Assembly: GCA_039028615.1 (NCBI GenBank)
Contig: JBCCHT010000021.1
Coordinates: 96,001 to 160,000, forward strand
DNA from: Myxococcota bacterium
Lineage (GTDB): Bacteria > Myxococcota_A > Polyangia > Nannocystales > Nannocystaceae
Direction: 5' to 3'
DNA: 64,000 nucleotides
Below are positions 38,459-48,689 of this stretch, one piece after another. How positions within the stretch are numbered: position 1 is the first letter of the stretch; each line of letters opens with the position of its first letter. The notes under the pieces were generated by a model, which was given only the letters and a program-made list of their open reading frames with translations, did no database searches and was not told the DNA's origin. The translations under genes and the position numbers were made by a program.

Positions 38459-39712
38459 CTATTCGCTGACGTAGAGCCACATCTCGCCGCCGCCACCGGC
38501 GACCACGAGCTCACCATTGCCGAGCATGAAGACCCGCGAGAGGGCACCCGCGCCCTCGGGGGTGATGTCGACGAAGGTGCGGCCGCCATCGGTGCTGTGC
38601 ACCACGAAGCCGCCCTGGCTGGTGGGGATCTTCTCGCCCACGCCCACGACGACGTCACCATCGACGGCGATACCGTTGTAGCCGCCCTCGTACTCGAGGT
38701 CGGAGTCCCACAGCTCGATCTGCTCCCACGAGTCGACCATGTACGGGTCGCCGCCGTCGAGCAGGTACATCAGGGGGTAGCGCTCGCTCTGGTCGTGGCC
38801 GGCGACGATCATGTGGGTGGAGTCCCAGATGTGCATGTCGAGCAGCTCGCCGTCGCGGGTCTCGGGCTGCAGCTCCACCGACTGGAAGTGGAAGGTCGCG
38901 TCGGGCAGCATCGAGGGCAGGTGGACTCGGGCGGGGTCGTTGATGAGGCTGCCCACCGCGTAAAACGAGTTGTCGTGCGCGAGGATGCGGCGGACCTGGA
39001 TGCCGGGTGCATCGGGGTCCGCGATGGCGGCCTCGCTGAGGCTCTCGTACTCGGTGAACTCGCCCCCGGCGGGCTGATGGGCGCACGAGGTCCCGGTCAG
39101 CGAATCGATGAGGATCTCGCCGTCACCGGTCACCGCGACGTTCTCCGCCTGGTTCACGGCCGAGAACGCGCTGGTGCCCGGCTGGTACAGCCCGCGCGGA
39201 TCGAGGCGCTCGGGGTCCGACTCGTCGATCGAGAACACGCTGTAGCCATCGAGCTGATGAATGCCGGCGCCGTAGAGCACACCGTCCGGGCCGCGCCGGA
39301 TGTCCATGACTCGGACCTCGCCGAAGCGCATCTGGGACTCCCAGGTCGTTCCTCCGTCGATGGTGGTGTACAGGCCCTCGCCGTCGGCATTTTCACCGCA
39401 GCCCACGAAGCCGACGTTGGCGTCGTCGAACCACAGAGCGTTGGTGCCGGAGCCGGCACAGGGACCGCCGACCGGGACCCAGACCATGGGGCCGCCCGGG
39501 TCGACCGGATCGCCGGAGGATTCATCGTCGGCACCTTCGGACGCACCAGGGCCGGTGCCGCCCGTGCCTTCGGTCGCTCCCATCGTGTCGCCGCCGGGTG
39601 CATCGCCGGTTGCATCTGAGTTGCCCGTGTCGTCGTCGCTGCCACCCAGATCGCAGGCGGGGGAGAGCACCAGGAGAGCGGCCGTGAGCCAAAAATTGGG
39701 GGATCGTCGCAT
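38459..39712 (-). CDS. BNR/Asp-box beta-propeller lipoprotein
   Basis: SPAC lipobox; Asp-boxes TIDGGTTW and STDGGRTF. Confidence 0.8.
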   Translation of the reverse strand: MRRSPNFWLTAALLVLSPACDLGGSDDDTGNSDATGDAPGGDTMGATEGTGGTGPGASEGADDESSGDPVDPGGPMVWVPVGGPCAGSGTNALWFDDANVGFVGCGENADGEGLYTTIDGGTTWESQMRFGEVRVMDIRRGPDGVLYGAGIHQLDGYSVFSIDESDPERLDPRGLYQPGTSAFSAVNQAENVAVTGDGEILIDSLTGTSCAHQPAGGEFTEYESLSEAAIADPDAPGIQVRRILAHDNSFYAVGSLINDPARVHLPSMLPDATFHFQSVELQPETRDGELLDMHIWDSTHMIVAGHDQSERYPLMYLLDGGDPYMVDSWEQIELWDSDLEYEGGYNGIAVDGDVVVGVGEKIPTSQGGFVVHSTDGGRTFVDITPEGAGALSRVFMLGNGELVVAGGGGEMWLYVSE

Positions 39713-39979
39713 TGCAGTCGTGTTCCTTTCCGCAACCGCAGGGCGAAACCATGCGCACGCGCTTGCGTTGTGCGCTGATGGAGACCCGAAGCGCCCGATC
39801 GGATCACGAGCGGCGTAAATTTGGGGGGCTCCCCGACCATGCGACCTCCCGGGCGTTGCTCCTGCGCTGGCTCACGACGAGATTCGATGCTTCGCATGAA
39901 TATTCGCCCGCCGATACGGTCGGCTGGACGTCGTTCGGCGCGTGCGTCAGCATCCCGCGTGGATCTGGTGCAACGGCAG

Positions 39980-40237
39980 ATGCTGGACCTTGCGGAATCA
40001 CCCTACGAGGACTACGTCTCGCGGCTGGAGCGGCTGAGAAGAGAGCGCAGCGAGTGGGCACGGGTGGCCTATCACGAGGCCCGGGAGGACCAACGCGGTA
40101 CCCACGATCAAAATGAGCAGGTCGTCGTGCTCCGCGCAGCTCGTGCCGCGGCCGACAAGTGGGGCGATCCTGCCGATATCGAGACGCTGGACCGAGCGAT
40201 CGTGGAGGAGGAGACGAGAATCGAAGACGGTCGGTGA
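39980..40237 (+). CDS. Small helical hypothetical protein
   Basis: Charged helical ORF, GC3-biased; start uncertain. Confidence 0.5.
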   Translation: MLDLAESPYEDYVSRLERLRRERSEWARVAYHEAREDQRGTHDQNEQVVVLRAARAAADKWGDPADIETLDRAIVEEETRIEDGR

Positions 40238-40284
40238 CGGCAGTGGCAGCCATGGGTTGCGCCGACCCGTGTAGTGTTTGGCGA

Positions 40285-41079
40285 CTACGCGTTGGGCGAG
40301 GGCTGAGGCTGAAGCATGCGCTGCGGTCGGTGACCCACGAAGCGACGGCGAATGCGGTTGGTGATGATGCGACCGAACGCGCGGAACAAGCCCATCTTGG
40401 TGAGGGGCACGAGCAGCAGCAGGCCGTGCCCCGCGGTGTACTGGGGGTTGCGCTGCAAGTACAGCTGCGACGCGGGGTGGGGACAGTCTCGCCAGTCACG
40501 GGTTTCGCCCGTGCTCTGCCGGGTCTGCCAACCGACGTGATAGACGCCCGGGCGCTGAGGATCGACGGGGCGCAGCTGAAAGTCCTCGGCGAGCTCGTCC
40601 ATGAGCTTCTGTTCGCGCGAGGGAGTGGGCTCCTGCCAGTGAGGCCAGACCTGATCGGCGTGGCGAGCCAGCGTGCGATAGGTGGCCGGGTTGGTGGCAC
40701 ACGACAGCCCCCAGACCATGCGACCGGGGTGCCGCATGATGGCCCGCAGGGACTCGCCGGCGAGGAACCATGCGCAGCGACTCTGCCGTCGGTACGCCGC
40801 GAGCATACCGACCTCCGCTCGCAGCACCAGCGCGGGGCCGCCCTCGACGTCGCGCTCGAACGCATGGAACGCGGCATAGCCCACGATCTCCTCGTCGACG
40901 CGCAGCACCTGGATGCGGGTGTACTCGGCGGGAGAGTCGACCACATAGGCGGCGAACTCGGCCCGGCTCACGCCCGCGAAGATGCGATTGTGTGCAGCGT
41001 ACAGGTCGTCGGTGAAGCGCTCGCGCTCGGTGGCGGACAGGGCGTGGGGGTCGACGATCTCGGCGATGGGCTGTGACAT
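40285..41079 (-). CDS. Hypothetical protein, GNAT-like fold suspected
   Basis: GGAGG RBS; 'IVGYAAF...LRAEVGMLAAYRRQ' resembles GNAT motif A. Confidence 0.65.
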   Translation of the reverse strand: MSQPIAEIVDPHALSATERERFTDDLYAAHNRIFAGVSRAEFAAYVVDSPAEYTRIQVLRVDEEIVGYAAFHAFERDVEGGPALVLRAEVGMLAAYRRQSRCAWFLAGESLRAIMRHPGRMVWGLSCATNPATYRTLARHADQVWPHWQEPTPSREQKLMDELAEDFQLRPVDPQRPGVYHVGWQTRQSTGETRDWRDCPHPASQLYLQRNPQYTAGHGLLLLVPLTKMGLFRAFGRIITNRIRRRFVGHRPQRMLQPQPSPNA

Positions 41080-41307
41080 GGCGAAAATCCCTCCGAGGCA
41101 TCACGATTTCGGGGAGGATGCGAAACGCCGACCGCGGGTCGGTTCGGATGCGGGTCAGCGCACTCGAACGAGCCACCTGGGCGGCCGAGTTCCCGACTCG
41201 CGGCCTTCAGCTGGGGGGTTCCCGACGCACGGTCAGGGATTGCGGCCGAACTCGATTTTTTCGAACGGGGCCTCTGAGGCCGAATTCCGGTCTCGATCGC
41301 GCCTGGC

Positions 41308-41883
41308 TCAGCTGTCCTCGAGCATCGTGGTGGCGACCTGCTCCAACACAGTGGCCAGCCGCTTCGCGGCCACGGGAGTGACGTCCTCGAGCAGGTAGGC
41401 GCCCTCGATCGAGGTCATCAGCACGGTGACGACCTCTTCGACGCGCTTGCGACTCCGGCGACCCTTGGGCAGAGTGCCTCGAAGTCGCTCGACCGAGGTC
41501 TCGAACATGCGCTGGTAGTACTCGTTGAGCTTCTGTCGCACGGCCGGCTCGGTCTGGGCCTTGGCGAACAGCTCGCGAAACGCCGGAGCGGCACTCCGGA
41601 CGCCTTCGTCGCAGAGGGAGGCTCGGAGCACCGAACGTAGCGTCGGGGTCTCGGCCGGGCCGAGTGCTGTCTGCATCGCGGCGCTGCACTCGGCCAGGTG
41701 GTGCTCGGTGACCCCTACGAGGAGATCCTCGGGCGACTTGAAGTGGTACTGGACGTTGCTCAGCGACAGCCCCGCGTGCTTGGCGACCTGGCGCATCGTC
41801 ATCCCGGCGGTACCTCGCTCGTGCAGCAGTTCGAACGCGGCCGCTGCGATTCGAGTGCGCGTCGATTGCGAGCGCGAAGTCAT
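41308..41883 (-). CDS. TetR/AcrR family transcriptional regulator
   Basis: 'TRTRIAAAAFELLHERG...TMRQVAKHAGLSLSNVQYHFKS' HTH. Confidence 0.92.
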   Translation of the reverse strand: MTSRSQSTRTRIAAAAFELLHERGTAGMTMRQVAKHAGLSLSNVQYHFKSPEDLLVGVTEHHLAECSAAMQTALGPAETPTLRSVLRASLCDEGVRSAAPAFRELFAKAQTEPAVRQKLNEYYQRMFETSVERLRGTLPKGRRSRKRVEEVVTVLMTSIEGAYLLEDVTPVAAKRLATVLEQVATTMLEDS

Positions 41884-41886
41884 CGC

Positions 41887-41937
41887 TTGACAGATTAGGT
41901 CACGCGACCTAGATCCTCAACTAGGTCACGTGACCTA
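41887..41937. promoter_or_regulatory. Divergent promoter with two TetR operator palindromes
   Basis: TTGACA at 41887-41892; TAGGTCACGCGACCTA 41896-41911; perfect palindrome TAGGTCACGTGACCTA 41922-41937. Confidence 0.85.
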
Positions 41938-41961
41938 CAGCGAAAACGAGGAGTGAGCGCC

Positions 41962-42924
41962 ATGACCCGACCATCCACCCCCTCGACCATGCGGGGGCTC
42001 GTCCTGGACCCGAGCGCCGAAATCGGTGTGCGCCTGCGTGAAGACCTGACCCTCCCGACCCCGAAGAAGGGCGAAATTCGGGTGCAGGTGGCCTACTCGA
42101 GCGTCAACGGCCACGAGTTCGAGCTCGCGCGTAATCCACTCGTTCGCCTGACCCGACGGCTGCGACGGGCTCCGGGCGAGGTTCAGACGGGCCTGGAGTT
42201 CGCGGGCGTCGTGGATGCCGACGGGGCGTCGTTTTCTCGGGGCGAGCGGGTGTTCGGGTACGTCGACATGATCGCGGGCTGGAAGCCGCATGGCGAGTTC
42301 CTGGCGATACCGGAGGCCTATGTCGCGCGTGCACCCGAAGGGGTGCCGCTGGCGCGAGCGGCGGCCTTGCCGATGAGCGCACAGACGGCTCTCGTCGCGC
42401 TCCGTGAGGTCGCCGGGGTTCAGCCCGGCCAGCACACGCTGATTCTCGGAGCATCCGGTGGGGTGGGCGTCATGGCGGTTCAGATCGCTCGCATCCTGGG
42501 AGCCGAGGTCACCGCGGTGGCGAGCGCCAAGGTCCACGAGCGTCTGGCCGACTTGGGCGCTACGCAGACGGTGGACTATCGGCAGACGCCGCTGGAGCAC
42601 ATGACGGGGTCGTTCGACGCCATCTTGGATTTTTCCCGCACGGCCTACCTCTCACACGTTCGACACTTGCTAGCCGACGGCGGCATGTTCATCCCCGCCG
42701 ATCCTCTGCGGAATATCGTCGACGTCACCCTGTCCCGCCGCGCGAAGTGGTTGATGGTCGATCGAGGTGACCGGGCTCTGCTCGAGGAGATTGCCCGCTG
42801 GGTGGAGCAAGGCCGCCTAGAGCCGATCGTCGACGAGGTCTTCGAATTCGCACGATGGCCCGCCGCCGTCACCCGCAGCCACGAACGCGGACGCTTGGGG
42901 CGGACCATGCTGCACTTCGGTTGA
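41962..42924 (+). CDS. NAD(P)-dependent MDR oxidoreductase (quinone reductase/enoyl reductase-like)
   Basis: GAGGAG RBS; 'SSVN', 'GLEFAGVV', 'LILGASGGVG' Rossmann motif. Confidence 0.88.
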   Translation: MTRPSTPSTMRGLVLDPSAEIGVRLREDLTLPTPKKGEIRVQVAYSSVNGHEFELARNPLVRLTRRLRRAPGEVQTGLEFAGVVDADGASFSRGERVFGYVDMIAGWKPHGEFLAIPEAYVARAPEGVPLARAAALPMSAQTALVALREVAGVQPGQHTLILGASGGVGVMAVQIARILGAEVTAVASAKVHERLADLGATQTVDYRQTPLEHMTGSFDAILDFSRTAYLSHVRHLLADGGMFIPADPLRNIVDVTLSRRAKWLMVDRGDRALLEEIARWVEQGRLEPIVDEVFEFARWPAAVTRSHERGRLGRTMLHFG

Positions 42925-42939
42925 GCCCGTCGCGGTGCC

Positions 42940-44004
42940 CTAGGGGTAGCCGACCAACACCGACAGCGAGATGCCCTGGAGCTGCTGCCGATCGATGTCG
43001 TTCGCGCCATCCGTCTCGGCGGTGAACTGGGCGCGGAACTGGGTGGTCGGCAGGGCCTCCGCGAACGAGTCGCGGACCGCATCCGAGACGTCCACTTCCA
43101 CCATCAGCTGCTCGGCGTTCGCAGCCAAGGGTCCGACGTCCGAGCGCATGGAGGCGTCGGCGGCTGCGATGTCGAAGATGTCGAACTCCACCGCGTGCAG
43201 CCGAATCGACCCGCCCAGATCGTCGTAGGGCGTGCCCTCGGCGGTGAAGTGCGACGCGTCGAGCTCGGCCTCCAGGATGGTCGTGGTGTTGCCGGGGAAC
43301 TCCATGGGGAAGGTCAGCAAGCCGCGCGTGAACTGGTTGGCCTCGTCGTCGCCGACCATCAGCCCGATGGAGGGGCTATAGAGTTCCGTCCACTGGTCGC
43401 CGACGACCGAGCCCGACAGCTTGCGCACGGGCTCGGCGAAGATCGACTGGGCGCGCAGGGTCGTGAACGAGGTCACCACCGCCTCTTCGAGCAGGTTGCC
43501 CGCCTCATCCGTCGCCGCGGCGCTCAGGGTCCAGTCGTAGGTCAGGGCGGGCTCGCCGTCGTTGGCCACCATCGCGTACTCGAGTGGATCGCGGGGCGTC
43601 ACCGTCAGCTCGTCGCCCGCGTCGTTCCACGAAAAGTCGACCGCCCCCACCGTGGCCGACACCCACGCGGCCTCGGTCGCCTCGCGGTTCATCGGCTCGC
43701 TGAATACGATGACGATCGGCGTGTCGGCCAGTACGCCCGCCTCATCGGTCTCGGGCGACAACGACACCACATACGGCGCGTCCTGGTCGTCCTGCTCCCC
43801 CATGCTCATGGAGCCGGTCATCACGTCCGGGTCCCCCGATTCGCCGTCGGCCACCGCGGAGCTGCTCGGTTCGTCTGCGCCGCCCGAGCCGCCCGTTCCT
43901 TCGGATTCGCCTTCGACATGGGGAGGCGGATTGAAACAACCGGCCGCGAGCACGCAGCATGCGGCCAGGGCGGAGCACGGACGAACGAATGCAACAGTGA
44001 TCAT
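42940..44004 (-). CDS. Lipoprotein with bacterial Ig-like (Big_5-like) domain
   Basis: LAAGC lipobox; 'P.VVSLSP...IVIVFSEPMN...DEAGN.L...SFTT'. Confidence 0.78.
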   Translation of the reverse strand: MITVAFVRPCSALAACCVLAAGCFNPPPHVEGESEGTGGSGGADEPSSSAVADGESGDPDVMTGSMSMGEQDDQDAPYVVSLSPETDEAGVLADTPIVIVFSEPMNREATEAAWVSATVGAVDFSWNDAGDELTVTPRDPLEYAMVANDGEPALTYDWTLSAAATDEAGNLLEEAVVTSFTTLRAQSIFAEPVRKLSGSVVGDQWTELYSPSIGLMVGDDEANQFTRGLLTFPMEFPGNTTTILEAELDASHFTAEGTPYDDLGGSIRLHAVEFDIFDIAAADASMRSDVGPLAANAEQLMVEVDVSDAVRDSFAEALPTTQFRAQFTAETDGANDIDRQQLQGISLSVLVGYP

Positions 44005-44074
44005 CTCAAGTGAGATGGTCCGCGAGGCCCCCGATCGGATCAGTGCGAGCACAGGGGGCTCGACGCATGCTCGT

Positions 44075-45565
44075 TCAGACGGGGACGACGATGGGGTGTG
44101 GTCCGCGATCGGTGTCGACGAAGAGATAGGTCCGATCCTCGCTGGTCGCGAGGGCCAACGGCAGCATGCGCGTCTCGGGAGGCGTCGTCGGGACCAGCGG
44201 CCCACCCTGCTTGGATATGTGCAGGACCCCGGCGCCATCGAGGAACCCGACGGTCGGGCGCGTCGCGGGAGTGTCGTCCCAGGATACGGCGGAGGCGGCC
44301 GAACGAATGGGCTCGCGGGCGGAGCCGATGCGGCGCTCGTCGATCACCTGGGTGCCCGCGGCCGAGCACCGCAGCGTGCTGGACCAGAGCTCGACCGCGG
44401 GGGAGCCGGGGATGGCCCCGTTGGCGGCACTCTCGGACGCGGGGCGCCACGACATCACATGGGCCAGCGTCTCTCCGTCCTCGGCGCCTGCGGTCACGAC
44501 GGGTGAGATGTCGGGCAGGGGATGTGCGCCCGGCAGCAGCGCAGATGCGGAGGCGGCCATCGTCCCCGCCCGAATATCGGCGTACATCACGACCAGCCCG
44601 TCGTTCCGTGGGGTGACGAACACGAGGCGCGAGCGATCGGCATCGTGGAGCGCCCCGCTGGCCGTGGGCATGAGCGGCATGCGGCCGACGTCGCGTTGTT
44701 CGACCGGTCCCGCCACCAGGATCTCGTCGTCCCAGTCATCTGGTCCGGTCGCGGGTTCGACCTCGGTCACGGGCGCAGCGAAGCGACACTCCTGGAGCGT
44801 GCTCTGCTCACCCGTGACCACGTACGCCGACACCGTGCCGTCGGGTCGTCGCACCAGCGGCTCGACGACGTGGTGGGGGCCGGCAAGTGGCGCGTGGGCG
44901 ATGCCTTGGACTTCCGCGTCGTCGACCCGTGCTCGCAGCCCCGTTGCGTCTTCCCAGGCGACCCACTGCGCCTCGGCATCCGCAGGGGCGCTCACGGACA
45001 GCAGCCGGTCAACCACGGTCGGAGGATCGGCGCAGCGAGTCTTGGGCAGCGAGTCGAAGTCGCCCTCGTGCTCGACGCTGGGCATCAGCTCGTGCCCGTG
45101 GATCAGCGAGACCGTGTCCCCGACGAGCGCCACGTACGAGGTTGGGCGCGCCGAAGGGCCGCGCTGCGGACCGACGGGCATGGCGAATCGGGTCGTTCGC
45201 GGCTCGAAGACCTTCACGTGAACCGCTTCGCTCTCGAGGACTTCCGCGCCGAGCTGCAAGCGGGCCGAGACCGTGTAGTCCCCAGGCTCGAGGGAGGTAC
45301 GCTGGTCGAGCGCGATGTCGGTGCGCAAGACCTCTCCCGCTTCGACCGGGATGCGGGGCGCGGCACTCCCTGCTCCGCGGATCGTCCGCGGCCCTCCCGG
45401 GCCCTCGATATGGAACGACAGCTCCGCGTTGTCCGGGTCGGAAGGGTTGCAGACCTGCATCGCCTGTTGTCCCGGATTGTGGATCGCAACTTCGATTTCC
45501 ACCGTGTCCCCGACGGGGAAGACCTCCCGGCCCCAAACGGCGCGGATGGATAGGCGAGGAATCAT
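44075..45565 (-). CDS. Hypothetical protein coupled to metalloprotease gene (candidate immunity/partner)
   Basis: TAATG stop/start overlap at 45563-45567; N-terminal Ig-like segment. Confidence 0.65.
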   Translation of the reverse strand: MIPRLSIRAVWGREVFPVGDTVEIEVAIHNPGQQAMQVCNPSDPDNAELSFHIEGPGGPRTIRGAGSAAPRIPVEAGEVLRTDIALDQRTSLEPGDYTVSARLQLGAEVLESEAVHVKVFEPRTTRFAMPVGPQRGPSARPTSYVALVGDTVSLIHGHELMPSVEHEGDFDSLPKTRCADPPTVVDRLLSVSAPADAEAQWVAWEDATGLRARVDDAEVQGIAHAPLAGPHHVVEPLVRRPDGTVSAYVVTGEQSTLQECRFAAPVTEVEPATGPDDWDDEILVAGPVEQRDVGRMPLMPTASGALHDADRSRLVFVTPRNDGLVVMYADIRAGTMAASASALLPGAHPLPDISPVVTAGAEDGETLAHVMSWRPASESAANGAIPGSPAVELWSSTLRCSAAGTQVIDERRIGSAREPIRSAASAVSWDDTPATRPTVGFLDGAGVLHISKQGGPLVPTTPPETRMLPLALATSEDRTYLFVDTDRGPHPIVVPV

Positions 45566-47997
45566 TACAGCACTCCCATCTTCTTCAGCGACCACCCGCG
45601 GAGCTTGAGGTTGCACAGCCCGCATAGGTGGTCACTGGTGAAGTCGTAGTTCATCAGACACTTGAGGTCGGCGGGGTCGTGGTGGTTGGTGGAGAACCCG
45701 GGCGCAGGCGCCTCGTTTCGGCCCGCGGGTGCGTGGCACAAGTAGAAGGTGTGCCCCATCTCGTGGGCGATGACCGGCTCGGCGCCCACCGTGTACACAT
45801 TGTTGGGGTTGTTGCGCACCGCGTCGGGCAGGAACACCAGCAGCATCGCGTGGCGAGCATCGGGCAGGGTCTCGGACGACGGGGCCACGCCGCCGGTTCC
45901 CGACGGAACGATCGTGTGCGTCCCGTTGCGGTTTTTGACCCGGATGGTGTCGACGACGTGGAACGTGATGAACCCGCGGTTGTTGGCCGTCGCGGTCTCG
46001 ATCATGTACTGGGAGCACGCGAGCTTGAAGCCGTGCATCGCCACGTTGCCCAGCTTGTAGAGATAGTGAACGGAAGTGTCGGAGTGCATGTTCCCCATCT
46101 TGGACAGGTGCGCTTGGTCGATCTTGGCCTTCTTGTTGTCGTTGAGGTTGTTGTAGAAACTCAGCAGGTAGGTGGAATCGTCGGCGTTCTGGTTCGTGGT
46201 GTTCCGCCACCGGTTGTAGTCGTTGCGGGGCCCGTTGAACTTCCGGTTCTTTTGCAGGACATACTCGCGGATCGTCTCCACCAGGATGAGTTGTTTGAAC
46301 ATCGCGTGCTCCCAGATAGTCAGCGCCGCGTGGGTGGTGCTGGCGGCCTGGCTGATGCCCCGCATCGAGGCTTCGAACTGGTTGAACCAGTCCGGCACGG
46401 GCAAACCGCGTTTCGCGTCTTGGATACCCCGCTTATCGAGCAGGGTCCGGTTCTTGATGCGGTCGAGGTACGTGGCGTAGTTGTTCTGGAACGCGTTGTC
46501 CTCGTTCTGCGTCCAGGTGAGCTTGACCCCGGCCAGGGCGTGCTGTTGGGAGGCCCGAGCCACGTTGGAGGCCGACACCGATGGCGCCTTGCGGATGTAG
46601 CGAGCGTTGACCTCGCGGACCATGTCGAAGAGTCCCGTGCTCGCTCGGGGCAGGTCGGGGAAGTCCGTCGTGCGAATCGTGGCCGCGGGCGTCTGCGTGT
46701 CGAGCACGGGGGCTCCGCTGATGTTGGCGACATAGGCCGAGACCTTGTAGGTGTCGCGGGCCATCCGCGACGGCTGGAACAAGACCCCCGAGTATCCCGC
46801 ATGGTCTCCCGTGGTGTGAGGGCGGCTGAGCGCAGCCCAGTCACGAGTGCCGCACGCTCGGACTTCGAACGCGAACTTGTTCGAGGGCAGCGAGTTGGGC
46901 AGCGGCCTAGCGTTCGCGGGGAACACGGCGCCGCCGCCTCGCTTGCCGCCGTAGTCCGCGTGGCAGTTCGTCGACCCCGAAGGCCCCTCGTTCGACTTGT
47001 AGGGCAGTCGTCGCCGTAGAGCGAGGTAGGACGAGACCGCGTCGTTCGTGTAGCGCGTGTTCAGCAACGCCATCTCGTCTTCGCCCTCCCAGTCCCACAT
47101 GATGTCGAGGCCGGCCAGGGCCTTGGCGCTGTCGCCCCCGTGCACGGCGTCGCCGTTGGCCTTGGTCAAGGAGATCTTGGCGAGGAGTGGGATCCGGGGG
47201 CCGTCGCCCCATTGCTTCTTGTGGTTGTCGTGCAGGTAGTCTCCCTTCATCTGCGACGCGCTGGTCAGGAACTGATTGCACGGCATGACCACGGGCATGC
47301 GCTGGGTGGTCACGGCCGAGTTGGTCAGCCCGGTGATGATGCTGGCCTCGTGGGCCCGCGTATCCTGCTTGAACTTGTTGTCCACCGAGCTATGGGCCGC
47401 CGTGGGCAGGAAGTCGGTACCGCCCCAGCTCAGCTCGATCTTCTTCACCAGGATGTCGAAGTAGGTGAAGCGCTCGACGTAGCCGTCTTCGACCTGGTCA
47501 CCCTCGGCGCGGGCCTTGAGCATGTAGGGAGAACCAGCCGCGGTGACGACCCCATCGGGAAAGAGCTTCTTGTCGATCCACTCCTTCTTCGGGAACTCCC
47601 CCTTCCACGCGTCCTTGAACGTGAGCTTCTTGGCCGCCTTCGCATCGAGGGTGCGCTGCCAGATGGGCGCCCCCGAGCCGGCCCGGAACAGCTCGAGGAT
47701 CAACGTCTCGGCATTGTCGGGTTGCACGAGCTTCCACGAGATCTTCACCGAGTCCACGGTGGGCGCGAAGAAGAAGTGCCCCCGCCGGCCCGCCGCGATC
47801 GCCTCGTGATCGCGGGCCTCGTACGACGTCGACGACCCTTCGCACGTCAGCTTGAGCTCGCTGATGCCCCACGTCTTCTTGCAGTGCTTGCGGTCGTTGA
47901 TGGGGGTCTTGGAGCCTCCCTCGAGATAGCCATCGACCAAGGGGTTTTTGGGCCCCGTGAACATCGAGAATTCGATCTTGCCCGGATACGTCGCCAT
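45565..47997 (-). CDS. 810-aa protein with C-terminal zinc metallopeptidase motif, candidate secreted effector
   Basis: 'IAHEMGHTFYLCH...CLMNY...LCGLC' (HExxHxxxxxH + Met-turn); no signal peptide; Lys/Asn-rich. Confidence 0.75.
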   Translation of the reverse strand: MATYPGKIEFSMFTGPKNPLVDGYLEGGSKTPINDRKHCKKTWGISELKLTCEGSSTSYEARDHEAIAAGRRGHFFFAPTVDSVKISWKLVQPDNAETLILELFRAGSGAPIWQRTLDAKAAKKLTFKDAWKGEFPKKEWIDKKLFPDGVVTAAGSPYMLKARAEGDQVEDGYVERFTYFDILVKKIELSWGGTDFLPTAAHSSVDNKFKQDTRAHEASIITGLTNSAVTTQRMPVVMPCNQFLTSASQMKGDYLHDNHKKQWGDGPRIPLLAKISLTKANGDAVHGGDSAKALAGLDIMWDWEGEDEMALLNTRYTNDAVSSYLALRRRLPYKSNEGPSGSTNCHADYGGKRGGGAVFPANARPLPNSLPSNKFAFEVRACGTRDWAALSRPHTTGDHAGYSGVLFQPSRMARDTYKVSAYVANISGAPVLDTQTPAATIRTTDFPDLPRASTGLFDMVREVNARYIRKAPSVSASNVARASQQHALAGVKLTWTQNEDNAFQNNYATYLDRIKNRTLLDKRGIQDAKRGLPVPDWFNQFEASMRGISQAASTTHAALTIWEHAMFKQLILVETIREYVLQKNRKFNGPRNDYNRWRNTTNQNADDSTYLLSFYNNLNDNKKAKIDQAHLSKMGNMHSDTSVHYLYKLGNVAMHGFKLACSQYMIETATANNRGFITFHVVDTIRVKNRNGTHTIVPSGTGGVAPSSETLPDARHAMLLVFLPDAVRNNPNNVYTVGAEPVIAHEMGHTFYLCHAPAGRNEAPAPGFSTNHHDPADLKCLMNYDFTSDHLCGLCNLKLRGWSLKKMGVL

Positions 47998-48000
47998 GGT

Positions 48001-48417
48001 TCACCGAGCCTGTGCCTGGGGCGCGGCGTCGTCGGCCTCCCGCGGAGCAGATGCCAAGTAGCCTTCGCCCTCACTCTGGGCTCGCAGGGCGTCGGCCTGC
48101 AGGCGCGACGTCTTGAACGAGGCAGAGCCGGGCCCCGAGAGGATCTGGCCTGCCCATGCGAAGCGAGCATCGCCATCGAAGTCGCGGCCGAACACGAACA
48201 TCAGCGTCAGGTAGCGCAGCAGGTCTCGCTCGGTGCGGAGGCCATAGGTCAGTCCCCGCTGCACGCAGTGCTCGATGGCGTCATCGATCTGCGCGGCCGA
48301 CAGCGCGTGTATCTGCTCGGCGAAATACTCTCGCAGGTGGACCCGCGCTCGCCCGCGAAACGGGTCTACGTCGTCGCGGACCATCGTCCACAGCTGGTCG
48401 GAACGAATCGTCAGCAT
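48001..48417 (-). CDS. Small protein resembling the C-terminal region of T6SS adaptor/chaperone (DUF4123-associated) proteins
   Basis: GAGGAG RBS; 'MLTIR..Q...HL...YGL.TE...RYL.L...G.DFD.D...WA..IL' pattern recalled from T6SS loci. Confidence 0.55.
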   Translation of the reverse strand: MLTIRSDQLWTMVRDDVDPFRGRARVHLREYFAEQIHALSAAQIDDAIEHCVQRGLTYGLRTERDLLRYLTLMFVFGRDFDGDARFAWAGQILSGPGSASFKTSRLQADALRAQSEGEGYLASAPREADDAAPQAQAR

Positions 48418-48689
48418 GTGTGCTCTCCTCTCGAGCTCGGCCGATTCCACGGCCATGCCCGGGGAGTGACTGGAGGGCCCGCGGTTGTTCAGCTCGCGAG
48501 AAAATTCTCGAGTTTGCCTGCGAATGGCCCTCATCGCCGTCTACGCGCGGCTACGATGCTCGACGACCGCCAACGCAGTCGCTGCAATTGGGCGGGTCGC
48601 GGCTCGAGCGCCGGACACCGGATCTTCGTGTCCGTGTGCGTGTCTTCGGATTGGAGCTCGAACGAGCGCGGCCCAGAGCCCGCCCTGGA

